Source of the DNA: Ktedonobacterales bacterium
Lineage (GTDB): Bacteria; Chloroflexota; Ktedonobacteria; Ktedonobacterales; JADMIN01
Direction of reading: 5' to 3'
NCBI GenBank assembly: GCA_035716045.1
Contig: DASTKI010000165.1
Span: forward strand, 80-64,079
DNA: 64,000 bases
Shown here in pieces: positions 9,411-19,774 of the stretch. The stretch's first letter is position 1, and every line of letters begins with the position of its first letter. Both the position numbers and the translations under genes were made by a program. A model generated the notes under the pieces. That model saw only the letters and a list, made by a program, of their open reading frames with translations. It had not been told where the DNA came from and ran no database searches.

Positions 9411-12300
9411 ATTGTCCCTCGCGTGTCTCCACGCTGGCCGGCCGCTCGCCGCCGAGCGCCTCGCCCATGATTCTCGCCTGCTCCGCCGCGTGCGCATCGG
9501 GCAGGCCCTCCGCCGTGCTCGCTCGCTCGGGCCGGCCCACATAACGCAGCGTTACGCCCGCCGGCAATTGCGCCGCCAGCCGCGGCGCGATATAGTTCCA
9601 CGCCGCCATGTTGCGCGGCTCCTCTTGCAGCCAGACCACCTCGCCCAGATGCGGATAGCGCCGCAGCGTCGCCGCGAGCGCCGCCTCGGGGTATGGGTAC
9701 AGCTGCTCCACCCGCGCCACGGCGACCCACTCGCGCGATTCCGGCTGCCCGGCCATCGCCGCCTCCAGGTCCACCGCCACCTTCCCGCTGCAGAGAATCA
9801 GCCGCCGTACGGCCTCCGGCCGCGCGCGCGCATCATCCAGAACAGGCTGAAACGCCCCTTCAGTCAGGTCGCGCAGGCTCGATCCCGCCTTCGGATGCCG
9901 CAGCAGGCTCTTGGGCGTCATCACGATCAGCGGGCGCGGCGCCACGGCGAGCAGCTTCGCTTGCGCCCGCAGTAGGTGGAAGTACTGCGCCGCCGTCGTG
10001 CAGTTCACCACACGCAGATTGTCCTCAGCCGCCAGCTGCAGATAACGCTCTAGCCGCCCGCTCGAATGCTCCGGCCCCTGTCCCTCGTAGCCATGGGGCA
10101 GCAGCAGAGCAAGTCCTGGTAGCTGCCGCCACTTCGCCCGCGCCGCCGCGATGAATTGATCAATCAGCACCTGCCCGGCATTGGCGAAGTCGCCAAACTG
10201 CGCCTCCCATAGGACCAGCGCGCCTGGCGCGTGGACGCTGTAGCCATACTCGAAGCCCAGCGCCGCCGCCTCCGAGAGCGGGCTATTGTAGATCGCGAAC
10301 GAGGCTCGCGCCTGCGGCAGCGCCTGCAGCGGGATGTAGACCTCGCCCGTCTCGGCATCGTGCAGCGCGTCGTGGCGCTGGCTGAACGTGCCGCGCTCAG
10401 TGTCCTGCCCCGCCAGCCGGATCGGCGTGCCGTCCGCCAGGATCGCCGCGAAGGCCAGCGTCTCGGCAAGGCCCCAGTCAATCCCGCCCGGCTTCTCGAT
10501 CGCCTCGCGCCGTCGCGCCAGCAGCCGCTCCAGCTTGGGATTCGGCGTGAAGCCCTCCGGGCGCGCCAGCAGCGCCTCGTTATAGGCCCGCAGCGCGTCC
10601 GCGGACGCCGCCGTCTCCGCGCTCACCAGCGCGGGCGACTCTTCTAGCGTCGCCTGCTCCTCAGGCACATTCCCCGCCAGCAGCTCGGCGTGCGCCCGCT
10701 TCAACCGCTCCTGCGCCTCGCTCAGCATCGCCTCAGCGTCCTGCGGCGTGGCGACGCCCTCCGCCTCTAATGCCTCCGCGTAGAGCGCCCGCGTGGTCGG
10801 ATGTCCAGCGATGGCGGCGTAAAGGCGCGGCTGCGTGAATGCCGGCTCGTCGCCCTCGTTATGGCCCCAGCGCCGGTAGCCGATCAGATCAACCAGGAAG
10901 TCCTTGTGATAGCGCTGGCGGTAGGCGTGGGCCAGCGCGACCGCGCTGAGGCAGGCCTCGGGATCGTCGGCGTTGACATGGATGATGGGGATCTCGAAGC
11001 CCTTGGCTAGGTCGCTCGCGTAGAGCGTCGAGCGGCCCTGCTCGGCGGCGGTCGTGAAGCCGATCTGGTTGTTGGCGATGATGTGGACGGTTCCACCCGT
11101 CTGATAGCCCGGCAGCCGCGAGAGGTTGAGCGTCTCGGCCACTACCCCCTCGCCGGGGAACGCCGCGTCGCCGTGGATGGTGACGCACAGCGCCTTGTCC
11201 ACGTTCTGCCGCGGCGCGCCGCGCTCGCCGCGCCGCTCCTGCGCCGCCCGCGTGAAGCCCTCCACGACCGGGTTGACGAACTCCAGATGGCTAGGGTTGT
11301 GCGCCAGCGTCAGCGCCACCTGGGCTAGCTCACTCTCGCGCACCGTCCGTCGCGCGCCCAGGTGATACTTCACGTCGCCCGTCCAGCCGTAGTTGATGCC
11401 CGCCGAGCCCTCCGATGGGACCATCTCCTTGTCCGGCGCCGTGTGGAATTCCGAGAAGATCTTCACATACGGCTTGCCCAGGATGTGCGCCAAGACATTC
11501 AGCCGCCCGCGATGCGCCATGCCGATCAGGACCTCGCGCGTCCCGACCTCGGCCGCGTCGTGGATCAGCGCGTCCAGCATCGGGATCAGCGTGTCCGTCC
11601 CTTCGATGGAGAAGCGCTTCTGGCCAACGAATGCGCTGTGCAGGAAGCGTTCGAATGCCTCAACCTCCGCGAGCCGCCGCAGCAATTCGCGCCGCTCGTC
11701 CACCGCCAGCGGCTGGCGGAACACGCCCGATTCGACTGCGTCGTGCAGCCAGCCCCGCTCCTGCTCATCCTGGATGTGGGCGAACTCGTAGCCGAGCGTA
11801 TCGCAGTAGATCGCGCGTAGGCGGTCAATCGCCTCTAGCGCATCGCGCGCGCCGCGCGTATCGCCGCTGGGCCAGACGATGCTCGCGGGCAGCCGCGCCA
11901 GCGCGTCCTCGGTCAGCCCATTCGCTGCCAGGGTGAGCGTCTCTTTCCCTGGCGGCGGCGCACCCAGCGGATCGAGCCGCGCCGCTAGATGCCCGTACTG
12001 CCGGATCATGCGCGCCAGCTTCGCCGCCCCCACGACGACCCGGATCTCCCCATCCGTGACGCCCGCACCCGCCCTGGGCGCGACCGCCACAGGCGCGGCA
12101 GGCGTGGGATACGTGGGTGGCGCGCTCTCCACCGCGACGCTAACACGTGGCGGAGAAGCCGCCCGCTCGAAGAACGCGCGCGTCGTCGCGTCAACTGATG
12201 AGGGGTCTTGCAGGTAGCGCTCGTAGAGCTCCTGCGCATAGCCCGCGTTCGGGCCAAAGAAGGTATCCCAGCCATCCATGGGCGCCAATCCCCATCCCAT
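9400..12300 (-). CDS. sucA: 2-oxoglutarate dehydrogenase E1 component
   Basis: 966 aa. N-terminus [24 protein letters not shown], ThDP-enzyme length and motifs ([21 protein letters not shown]). Overlaps the sucB start by 11 nt. Confidence 0.92.
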   Translation of the reverse strand: MGWGLAPMDGWDTFFGPNAGYAQELYERYLQDPSSVDATTRAFFERAASPPRVSVAVESAPPTYPTPAAPVAVAPRAGAGVTDGEIRVVVGAAKLARMIRQYGHLAARLDPLGAPPPGKETLTLAANGLTEDALARLPASIVWPSGDTRGARDALEAIDRLRAIYCDTLGYEFAHIQDEQERGWLHDAVESGVFRQPLAVDERRELLRRLAEVEAFERFLHSAFVGQKRFSIEGTDTLIPMLDALIHDAAEVGTREVLIGMAHRGRLNVLAHILGKPYVKIFSEFHTAPDKEMVPSEGSAGINYGWTGDVKYHLGARRTVRESELAQVALTLAHNPSHLEFVNPVVEGFTRAAQERRGERGAPRQNVDKALCVTIHGDAAFPGEGVVAETLNLSRLPGYQTGGTVHIIANNQIGFTTAAEQGRSTLYASDLAKGFEIPIIHVNADDPEACLSAVALAHAYRQRYHKDFLVDLIGYRRWGHNEGDEPAFTQPRLYAAIAGHPTTRALYAEALEAEGVATPQDAEAMLSEAQERLKRAHAELLAGNVPEEQATLEESPALVSAETAASADALRAYNEALLARPEGFTPNPKLERLLARRREAIEKPGGIDWGLAETLAFAAILADGTPIRLAGQDTERGTFSQRHDALHDAETGEVYIPLQALPQARASFAIYNSPLSEAAALGFEYGYSVHAPGALVLWEAQFGDFANAGQVLIDQFIAAARAKWRQLPGLALLLPHGYEGQGPEHSSGRLERYLQLAAEDNLRVVNCTTAAQYFHLLRAQAKLLAVAPRPLIVMTPKSLLRHPKAGSSLRDLTEGAFQPVLDDARARPEAVRRLILCSGKVAVDLEAAMAGQPESREWVAVARVEQLYPYPEAALAATLRRYPHLGEVVWLQEEPRNMAAWNYIAPRLAAQLPAGVTLRYVGRPERASTAEGLPDAHAAEQARIMGEALGGERPASVETREGQYVD

Positions 12301-12666
12301 CCGTCCTCACGCGAGATCGCGCTGTACCATCACGCCGCGCGCCTTCCCGAGCAGGACCATCTTTAACTATACCACCAGCGCCCCATACCGCCTGCCGCTT
12401 CCCTCACAATCGCATAACAAACGGGCGGTATGACTCGGCCTATTTCGCCATCCAGACCGACACCGTCTCTCCACCAGGGCTACCAGGGCGTCACCGCCGC
12501 CACGACCACCATCTACCCGCCCGGAAAAAAGTCAGGACTCGCCTCCTCCGTCAAGCTCACCACCTGAGCCGGAACGATCTACCTGTCACCCATCGTGGCC
12601 AGCGAAAGCAGCCTCTGACTGGCGCCCCGCCCCGTCCGCCACCGCCTTCGTGTCCCAGCCCGCGCA

Positions 12667-12713
12667 GGGGGCTTCGCGGCCGCCAGGCCCTTAGCCACGG
12701 CTTCAGCCGCCCG
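12667..12713 (+). repeat. Family B repeat (gggcttcgcggccgccaggcccttagccacggcttcagccgcccg)
   Basis: Near-identical to the units at 17607-17730. Abuts the stop codon of 12716..15061. Confidence 0.8.
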
Positions 12714-12715
12714 TC

Positions 12716-15061
12716 TCACCACCCAGCCGACAGCGGCGGCGTGATCGTCGCCGCGTCAAGCTCCGCCTGCGTGGGGCGCGCCAGCCCTGGCCCATATTCT
12801 CGCGAGAGCGGCAGGACCACCAGATCGAGGAACAACTCCTTCGCCGTCTCCAGCGTCAGCCCGCCAATCTGTGGCCGCCACCAGCTATGCGTCTCGCGCG
12901 AGACGATCACGCCCGGCGCCACATCCGCCCGCGCGCCCGATGGCAGCGGCGCCACCACCACCGCGCCCTCGCCCGCGACCCAGCTTCCCGGCGCGCAGGT
13001 CGCCCGCGCCGAGAGCGGCTTCCCGCCCGCTCCCTGGAACAGGAAATGGAAGTGATAGAGCGCCACCGCTGGCCCCGGCGGCGCCGAGCGCAGCGCCGCC
13101 CACAGCGTCACCAGCCGCGCCGGCAGCCCGCCGCCCGCTGGCAGGATGAATGCCCGGTCCAGCCGCAGCTCCCCATTCACCACCGCCAGCCCGCTCGCGC
13201 GCGGCCCCTCCGGGTTCGGCGCGACCGCCACTAGTGGATACGTCGCGCCCCGCGCTAGCGCCAGCCTGCCGATCTCGCGCGTCCCCGGCGCGCTCAGCAG
13301 CGCGCGGATCGCCAGCCCCGACCCATCCATCACCAGCGTCGGCGCCGCCCCATCCCCAGCCGGCGGCGTCAGCGCGCAGGCATCCGAGGTATACGCCGTC
13401 CACAGCGGCCCGCCGCCCGCCAGATTGTTTCCCCGCTGCGCCCAGTACAGCCCCATGAAGGGGTCGCCGGGATCGCCCGCCAGGAAAACCTGACGCGCAT
13501 GCAGCGCGACCGCCGCGCGCCCCGTCGCTGCCATCGCTGCCATATAGCTCGTCGTCGGGATTGCCCCCCACGTCGGCGCGGGCGACTCCCCGCTCGCCAG
13601 CGTCAGCGCGAACGCCCCCGTCAGCGCCACCTGCGCCACGATCACCACTCCCGCCACCGCCGCCATCGCCCCACCCGGCGCCGCCCGTCCCAACCTCCCC
13701 AGCCGTCCCAACCGCCCCAACCATGCATGCCATCCCCCCTCTCCTCTCCGGAGAGGGGGCCAGGGGAGGCCCCACACCCACCGCGCCGCCCGCCGCGCCT
13801 GCCCCGGCAGCCCCGCCACAAACGCGCCGACCGCCACATACAGCGGCGGCGTCACCACAAACGCATAGTGGACGTAGATCGGGCTCGCATGCCGCAGCGT
13901 CAGCGCCAGAAACACCGCAGGCGCGCCCACGACCAGCAGCCGCGCCCGCCACACGCGCCACCGCTCCCGCTCGCCTTGGGCCAGTTGAGGCCGCGAGAGA
14001 ATCCCCCAACCCTTCCTCGTCTCTCCCTCTCCCACGGGGAGAGGGGGCCGCCGGGGGGTGAGGTCCCGCAACGGCCGCCCTATCACCATCAGCGCCAGCC
14101 ATCCCAGGCTCAGCGCCACCAGCCCATCGAGCGCCGGCTCCAGCCAGGGCAGCGCCCGCGCCACCGCCGCATACCGCGTATCCGTCCCCAGCCAGTCCCA
14201 TGGTCGCGGCCCTAGCGCCGCGCTGATCTGCTGGACAGCCTGCCCGTCCAGGGCCCGCGGGGTCGCCAGATACGCCAGATAGATCGGCAGGTCATAGCCA
14301 TGGCTGGCCACCTCGAAGAGCGTGGTTGGGATATACAGCGCCAGCGCGCCCGCCACGCCGAGGTAGAAGTCGTACCACGTCACCGCCTCCCAACCCATCG
14401 CCAGACCCACCACGCTCAAAGGCAGTAACGCCGCCGTGATCGGGTGGACCTGGACCGCAGCCGCCATCAGCAGCGCATGGGGGATGAACCAGTGCCGCCG
14501 TCGCTCGACCATCCCCAGATGCAGCGTATAGAGCGCGCCGATGACCAGCGGCAGCACCAGACACTGCTGCCAGATGAACCCGCCCAAGTACGTATCATAG
14601 AGCGCCGTCGCGAACAGCAGCCCGCCCGCCAGCGCCGCCCACCGCCCAAACGCCCGTTCCGTCCAGATATACAGCAGCCCCACCGCCACCACATTCGCCA
14701 TCGCCTGGACCAGCGTCCATCGCTGCGGGTCATTGGCGAAGGGGTACAAGAGCAGCGTGTAGAGCGAAGTGTTCAGCGCCAGCAGCGAGTTATAGATCCC
14801 CGTCCCCGGCAGCAGATGATCGTGCGCCGCCCGCGCCACCTCCAGATACAGCAGCGCGCTATCGCTATAGAACGGCGACCGCCCCAGCCAGGAGAGCCGC
14901 AGGAACGCGCCCACCGCCAGCGTCAGCCAGAACTGCCACTGCCGCGCCCACCCCGGCGTCCGCGCCCCCAGCCATGCCGCCGCGCGCCATCCCCACGCGC
15001 CCCACACCCGCGCCCGCGCCTTCCACGTCACCGCGTCCTTCACCGCCGCCATCGCTTCCAT
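12716..15061 (-). CDS. Polytopic membrane glycosyltransferase (GT39/ArnT-like N-terminal half) with a large extracytoplasmic C-terminal domain
   Basis: 781 aa. The N-terminal half has many TM segments and an early SPFYSDSALLYLEVAR loop typical of PMT_2/ArnT-type GT-C enzymes. It contains two in-frame family A repeat insertions and a GRLGRLGRLGR tract. Confidence 0.65.
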   Translation of the reverse strand: MEAMAAVKDAVTWKARARVWGAWGWRAAAWLGARTPGWARQWQFWLTLAVGAFLRLSWLGRSPFYSDSALLYLEVARAAHDHLLPGTGIYNSLLALNTSLYTLLLYPFANDPQRWTLVQAMANVVAVGLLYIWTERAFGRWAALAGGLLFATALYDTYLGGFIWQQCLVLPLVIGALYTLHLGMVERRRHWFIPHALLMAAAVQVHPITAALLPLSVVGLAMGWEAVTWYDFYLGVAGALALYIPTTLFEVASHGYDLPIYLAYLATPRALDGQAVQQISAALGPRPWDWLGTDTRYAAVARALPWLEPALDGLVALSLGWLALMVIGRPLRDLTPRRPPLPVGEGETRKGWGILSRPQLAQGERERWRVWRARLLVVGAPAVFLALTLRHASPIYVHYAFVVTPPLYVAVGAFVAGLPGQARRAARWVWGLPWPPLRRGEGGWHAWLGRLGRLGRLGRAAPGGAMAAVAGVVIVAQVALTGAFALTLASGESPAPTWGAIPTTSYMAAMAATGRAAVALHARQVFLAGDPGDPFMGLYWAQRGNNLAGGGPLWTAYTSDACALTPPAGDGAAPTLVMDGSGLAIRALLSAPGTREIGRLALARGATYPLVAVAPNPEGPRASGLAVVNGELRLDRAFILPAGGGLPARLVTLWAALRSAPPGPAVALYHFHFLFQGAGGKPLSARATCAPGSWVAGEGAVVVAPLPSGARADVAPGVIVSRETHSWWRPQIGGLTLETAKELFLDLVVLPLSREYGPGLARPTQAELDAATITPPLSAGW
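13734..13775 (+). repeat. Family A repeat, copy 5, in-frame inside CDS 12716..15061
   Basis: cccccctctcctctccggagagggggccaggggaggcccc, translated on the minus strand as ...GLPWPPLRRGEGGWH... Confidence 0.8.
14022..14064 (+). repeat. Family A repeat, copy 6, in-frame inside CDS 12716..15061
   Basis: ctctccctctcccacggggagagggggccgccggggggtgaggtc, translated on the minus strand as ...RDLTPRRPPLPVGEGETRKG... Confidence 0.8.
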
Positions 15062-15171
15062 CCCTCACTCCGCGCGCCATCCCCACTCCTTATATCTCCC
15101 CCCTTGATTGTGCCAGACCCGCTCGCTTCCCGCAATGCCCCGCTAGCCTCCGCCAACCCGCTCGCACGGCT

Positions 15172-15214
15172 GCCCCGCTTCCCGCAAGAAGAGGGGTAGG
15201 GGGCGAGGCCCCTC
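15172..15214 (+). repeat. Family A repeat, copy 7 (diverged)
   Basis: ccccgcttcccgcaagaagaggggtagggggcgaggcccctc. Confidence 0.7.
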
Positions 15215-15291
15215 ACAACAGCGAGCGCCCCAGCCACAAAGAGCTGGAGCGCTCACACATCACGTCGCGCGCCGGGCGGATGATGCTATAG

Positions 15292-16011
15292 CTAACTGGG
15301 CAGACCGCGCCGATCTCGGTCGCGCTCGCCCTCGCCCCCGCGCGAGCGGTACAGCATCCACAGCAGGTACGCGCCCACCGCGATCAGCGCCACCGGCCAC
15401 AGCATGCCAAGCGCCTGGAGGACACCGACGCCCCCAGGACCGGCCAGGATAGCCAGCGCGACGACCAGCAGGATGCCACCGGGAATAGACGGCCACCAGT
15501 GGAAATGCCCCTCCGCCATCTGCGACAGCGGCATGATCGCCAGGAAGCCCAGCGCCAGGCCCAGCACGACGATCCCGCCGCGCGCTTCACCATTCGCCGT
15601 CACGAGCAGCGTCTGCTGCGCGAGCGTGCCCAAACCCAGGCCAGTCAAGATGCCGCCAGGAATCATTAGCCCACCGCTGCGCTGCAGGTAGCCCCATACG
15701 ATGAACATCACACCTAGCACGGGTAGCACGAGTGTTCCGATCAGCGCCGAGTTCCAGATGTTCGCCGCCAGCGCCATCAGGCCGAGCACGACGAGCATTG
15801 CGCCCCAAACGCCCCGGTCTATGTTCTTGCGCCGCCGCTCCGCTTCGGCCCTGGCCGCCGCCTCAGGCTGGGTGGTCTCAGGCCTGGCTACCTCAGGCTG
15901 GGCCGCCTCAATCCGCGGCGTGGGCTGAGCCGTCTCAGGTTGAGCCGCCTCAGGCTGGATCACCGGAGCCTGCGCCGCCTGGAGCCGTGTTTCTTCGTCT
16001 TGCCCTAACAT
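15292..16011 (-). CDS. Membrane protein with an N-terminal AQPE-type repeat region
   Basis: ORF 15292..16089, probably starting at MLGQDEE (ATG 16011). Repeats AAQPETAQPTPRIEAAQPEVARPETTQPEAA are followed by about 6 TM segments. Confidence 0.55.
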   Translation of the reverse strand: MLGQDEETRLQAAQAPVIQPEAAQPETAQPTPRIEAAQPEVARPETTQPEAAARAEAERRRKNIDRGVWGAMLVVLGLMALAANIWNSALIGTLVLPVLGVMFIVWGYLQRSGGLMIPGGILTGLGLGTLAQQTLLVTANGEARGGIVVLGLALGFLAIMPLSQMAEGHFHWWPSIPGGILLVVALAILAGPGGVGVLQALGMLWPVALIAVGAYLLWMLYRSRGGEGERDRDRRGLPS

Positions 16012-16184
16012 GATTGCGCCTGCTTTCCACTCGTCCGCCAGCGGCGCCTCCCGCCTGTCTGGACGGAGTTGGGATATCCACCACCCCACTCATCATTCAG
16101 CGCGGCGCCACGTCACAGGCGCGTCACGGCCACACCGCGCCAGCGCACGAACGGAGCGCAACCATCCTCGGCGCGCTTGCCCCG

Positions 16185-17516
16185 TCATCGCGCGCCCAGC
16201 GCGCCGGCCAGCGACGGGAAGAAGCCCGCCAGCGCCACCGGCGCCAGGCACACCCACAATGCGAAGATCAGCGCCATCCACAGCCGCGACCGCTTCGCCA
16301 GGCCCACCAGCAGCGGCGCCGCCCAGAGCAGCGCCAGCAGGCTCCCAGTCGAGAGCCGGAAGGCCGAGATCATGTACCATGACGCCGCGCGCAGCAGCAC
16401 ACAGAAGAAGAGGCTTTGCAGCGCCAGCGCCCAGAGCTCCGGCGCCGCCGGCCGCCGCCACAGCCCCCACACCGCCAGCCCCAGCAGCAGCGCGCCTGGA
16501 ATCCCGACGAACAGCGCCGACGCCCACAGCGACGGCGCCCACGGCCACAGCGCCGCCAGCCCCTGGAACGGGACCAGCGTCGGGACCAGCTCGGACGGCA
16601 CACCCTCCGACCCCATCCAGACCAGCACGAATCCCTTCCAGGCCAGATACGGCGCCATCACCCCCGCCAGCCACAGCGCCGGACGCCACGCCGCCTCGAT
16701 CACCCCGTACGCCGACCATTCATGGCCGCGAATCCGCGCCCCGCGCCCGCGCGCCGCCAGCCCGCCGCTAATCGCCGCGCCAAGCGCCAACGCCAGCGGG
16801 AACGCCGCCGCCGTCTCGCGCGTCAGGATCGCCAGCGCGAACGCGACGCCTGGCCACAGCCACACTCGCCGCTCTCCCCGCTCCCACAGCCACAGCCCCA
16901 GCGCCACCAGCGCGTACGCCAGCGGCTCCGTCACATCGGCGTGCAGCGCCGCCAGCGTACCCGGAAACGCAACGTAGATGAGCGTCAGCCACGGCGAGAG
17001 CCTGCGCCGCCGCAAGACATCCCCCAGCGCCAGCGCCGTCCCGCCGATCGCCAGCCAGTTGATCAACAGCATCACCCATGGGACCAGCCACGGCTGGCCC
17101 AGCGCCAGCGCCCGCGCCAGCATCGGGTATAGCGGCCGCGACAGGCGATAGGCGGGCTCATCCATATACGCCGCCGCATGCGCCGGGTCTATCGCGAAGA
17201 AATAGTAGAACTGCCCATCATAGCCAATCCCGTCAGCCGGATATCCGTGATACGACGGATCGTAGCGAATGACCGCGCTGGCGTCCCCGCCCTTCGCGAG
17301 AAACTGCCGCCCGATATGCAAAAAGTCCCGCACATCCCCGCCCAGCGCCAGATACGCCCCCAGCAGCGCCCCCACCCCCACGAACACCACCACCGCCGGC
17401 CCCCACGCCCCACGCGCCCACGCCGCCAACCGCCAGCCGCGCGCGGACGCCACCCGCGATGAAACCGGAGAAGCCACGACCACCCGCCCTTTGCTGACAT
17501 CCATGCGTCTCTCCAC
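16185..17516 (-). CDS. Polytopic membrane protein, probable GT-C-type glycopolymer/glycosyl transferase
   Basis: 443 aa, more than 10 TM segments, periplasmic-loop motif GIGYDGQFYYFFAIDP. Functional assignment is tentative. Confidence 0.55.
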   Translation of the reverse strand: MERRMDVSKGRVVVASPVSSRVASARGWRLAAWARGAWGPAVVVFVGVGALLGAYLALGGDVRDFLHIGRQFLAKGGDASAVIRYDPSYHGYPADGIGYDGQFYYFFAIDPAHAAAYMDEPAYRLSRPLYPMLARALALGQPWLVPWVMLLINWLAIGGTALALGDVLRRRRLSPWLTLIYVAFPGTLAALHADVTEPLAYALVALGLWLWERGERRVWLWPGVAFALAILTRETAAAFPLALALGAAISGGLAARGRGARIRGHEWSAYGVIEAAWRPALWLAGVMAPYLAWKGFVLVWMGSEGVPSELVPTLVPFQGLAALWPWAPSLWASALFVGIPGALLLGLAVWGLWRRPAAPELWALALQSLFFCVLLRAASWYMISAFRLSTGSLLALLWAAPLLVGLAKRSRLWMALIFALWVCLAPVALAGFFPSLAGALGAR

Positions 17517-17606
17517 GCATCCCGGCCAACTCTAGCATCTCGCCGCCGACCTGGCAACGCCCCCAAGCAGGCTTCAGCGGCACAAGACGCGATCGCCGAG
17601 AGATTT

Positions 17607-17730
17607 AGCCCGCGAAGGCGGGCTTCGTGGCCGTCAGGCCCTTAGCCGCGGGTTCACCCGCCCGGCCCTGGCGGGCTTCGCGGCCACCAGGCGAGCGGAG
17701 CGAAGGGGCCCAGCGAGTTCACCCGCCCGT
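17607..17730 (+). repeat. Family B repeats, two adjacent units
   Basis: agcccgcgaaggcgggcttcgtggccgtcaggcccttagccgcgggttcacccgcccg followed by ggcgggcttcgcggccaccaggcgagcggagcgaaggggcccagcgagttcacccgcccg. Same orientation as the copy at 12667. Confidence 0.75.
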
Positions 17731-17877
17731 CGCCCTCATCACTCCCGCTTGACAGAACACCACACCTGCTACAAAATGCGCATAAACTCCGATGCGGAGC
17801 GGCGCGGCGGCGCGCGCTCCAGGCCGCGTGAGACGCTCGCTAGCAGGCGCCATCGCTGGCGCGGGAGGTGACATCCC

Positions 17878-19626
17878 ATGACCCAGACCACTACAGCCAC
17901 CGACACAGCTGGACAGAATCGCGGCTCGCTCTCCTGGAGCTACGTCAGCGGCGTCAGCGATACACCTCTGCTCGGCGTCACCATCGGCGACCTCTTCGAC
18001 GCCACCGTCGCCCGCTTCCCCGACCGCGAGGCCCTCATCTCACGCCACCAGGATCTCCGCTATACCTGGCGCGAGCTACAGGACGAAGTCAACCGCTGCG
18101 CTCGCGGCCTCCTGGCCATCGGCGTCAAGAAGGGCGACCGCGTCGGCATCTGGGCCCCTAACCGCGCCGAGTGGGCCATCACCCAGTTCGCCACCGCCAA
18201 GATCGGCGCGATCCTCGTCAACATCAACCCCGCCTATCGCCTCCACGAGCTCGAATACGCTCTCAACCAGTCTGGCTGCTCCACCCTCGTCTTCTCCCCC
18301 ATGTTCCGCACGACCAACTATACCGAGATGGTCATGACTCTCTGCCCGGAGCTCAACTCCTGCGCCCCCGGCCAGCTCGACAGCCACCGCATCCCCCACC
18401 TGCGCCACGTCATTCGCATGGGGACCGAGCGCGCCCCCGGCATGTGGGTCTGGGGCGAGATCCTGGAGCGCTCCAAAGAGATCAGCTCCGCCATCCTCGC
18501 CGAGCGCCAGGCCGAGCAGGAGTTCGACGACCCGATCAACATTCAGTACACCAGCGGCACCACTGGCAACCCCAAAGGCGCGACGCTGAGCCACCACAAC
18601 ATCCTCAACAACGGCTACTTCGTCGCCCGCCTGCAAGAATTCACCGAGAACGACCGCCTCTGCATCCCCGTCCCCCTCTATCACTGCTTCGGCATGGTCA
18701 TGGGCAACCTCGGCTGCGCCACCCACGGCGCCACCATGATCTATCCCGCCGAGGCCTTCGAGCCCGCCGCCACGCTCGAAGCCGTTCAGGCCGAGCGCTG
18801 CACCTCGCTCTACGGCGTGCCCACCATGTTCATCGCCGAGCTGGCCCATCCCGACTTCGAGCAATACGACCTCTCCAGCCTGCGCACCGGCGTCATGGCC
18901 GGCTCGCCCTGCCCTGTTCAGGTCATGCGCCAGGTCATTGACCGCATGAACATGCGCGACGTCGAGATCTGCTACGGCATGACCGAGACTAGCCCCGTCT
19001 CCTTCCAGACCCATACCGACGACCCGCTGGAGAAGCGCGTTGGCACCGTCGGCCAGATTCACCCCCACGTCGAGGTCAAGCTCGTTGACCCCGCCACCGG
19101 CAAGGTCGTCCCGCGCGGCATGCCCGGCGAGCTGCTCACCCGCGGGTACTCCGTCATGATCGGCTACTGGGAGAACGCCGACGCCACCGCCAAGGCCATT
19201 GACGGCGCCCGCTGGATGCACACCGGCGACCTCGCCACCATGGACGCTGACGGCTACGTCAACATCGTCGGCCGCCTCAAGGACATGGTGATTCGCGGCG
19301 GCGAGAACATCTACCCCCGCGAAGTCGAGGAGTTCCTCTACACCAACCCCAAGATCAGCGACGTGCAGGTCATCGGCGTCCCCGACGCCCGCTACGGCGA
19401 GGAGTTGATGGCCTGGGTCAAGCTGAAGGACGGCGAAGTCGCCACCACCGAGGAGCTGCAAGACTTCTGCCGCGGCCAGATCGCCACCTACAAGATCCCG
19501 CGCTACTGGAAGTTCGTTGACGGCTTCCCGATGACCGTCACCGGCAAGATCCAGAAGTTCCTCATGCGCCAGCAAGCCATCGAGGAGCTCGGCCTCCAGC
19601 ACGCCGCCACCATCCAGACCGCCTGA
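17878..19626 (+). CDS. AMP-dependent acyl-CoA synthetase/ligase
   Basis: 582 aa. AMP-binding signature [20 protein letters not shown], plus [21 protein letters not shown] and a C-terminal GKIQKF. RBS gggaggtg. Confidence 0.9.
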   Translation: MTQTTTATDTAGQNRGSLSWSYVSGVSDTPLLGVTIGDLFDATVARFPDREALISRHQDLRYTWRELQDEVNRCARGLLAIGVKKGDRVGIWAPNRAEWAITQFATAKIGAILVNINPAYRLHELEYALNQSGCSTLVFSPMFRTTNYTEMVMTLCPELNSCAPGQLDSHRIPHLRHVIRMGTERAPGMWVWGEILERSKEISSAILAERQAEQEFDDPINIQYTSGTTGNPKGATLSHHNILNNGYFVARLQEFTENDRLCIPVPLYHCFGMVMGNLGCATHGATMIYPAEAFEPAATLEAVQAERCTSLYGVPTMFIAELAHPDFEQYDLSSLRTGVMAGSPCPVQVMRQVIDRMNMRDVEICYGMTETSPVSFQTHTDDPLEKRVGTVGQIHPHVEVKLVDPATGKVVPRGMPGELLTRGYSVMIGYWENADATAKAIDGARWMHTGDLATMDADGYVNIVGRLKDMVIRGGENIYPREVEEFLYTNPKISDVQVIGVPDARYGEELMAWVKLKDGEVATTEELQDFCRGQIATYKIPRYWKFVDGFPMTVTGKIQKFLMRQQAIEELGLQHAATIQTA

Positions 19627-19660
19627 CGCAGCGGACAGTATCCCACCTCCGCTCACCAGC

Positions 19661-19748
19661 CGCTCTCCCCTCTCCTCCCAGGAGAGCGGCCACAGGTGAG
19701 GCCCCTCATCTCCCCTCCCCCCATGGGAGAGGGGCCGGAGGTGAGGTC
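19661..19748 (+). repeat. Family A repeats, copies 8 and 9 in tandem (possible terminator of the acyl-CoA synthetase gene)
   Basis: ccgctctcccctctcctcccaggagagcggccacaggtgaggcccc followed by tcccctccccccatgggagaggggccggaggtgaggtc. Confidence 0.85.
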
Positions 19749-19774
19749 GCGCCCCGCTTGCGCCCGCCCGCCGC

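Noticed and set aside
8055-9542. Long N-terminal extensions of several ORFs (8055..9542, 833..2875, 23764..24585, 25751..26803, 30092..31483, 48487..49281, 59082..61136)
   Set aside because: The extensions are Arg-rich, run through repeats or neighbouring genes, and precede internal Met codons that coincide with canonical protein N-termini (for example [13 protein letters not shown] for SucB). Starts were trimmed accordingly.
12885-14201. 438-aa minus-strand ORF, with plus-strand ORFs 12147..13055 and 13499..14215
   Set aside because: These are alternative frames of the 781-aa glycosyltransferase-like gene. They have Gly/Ala/Arg-rich low-complexity composition, whereas the chosen frame has coherent TM segments.
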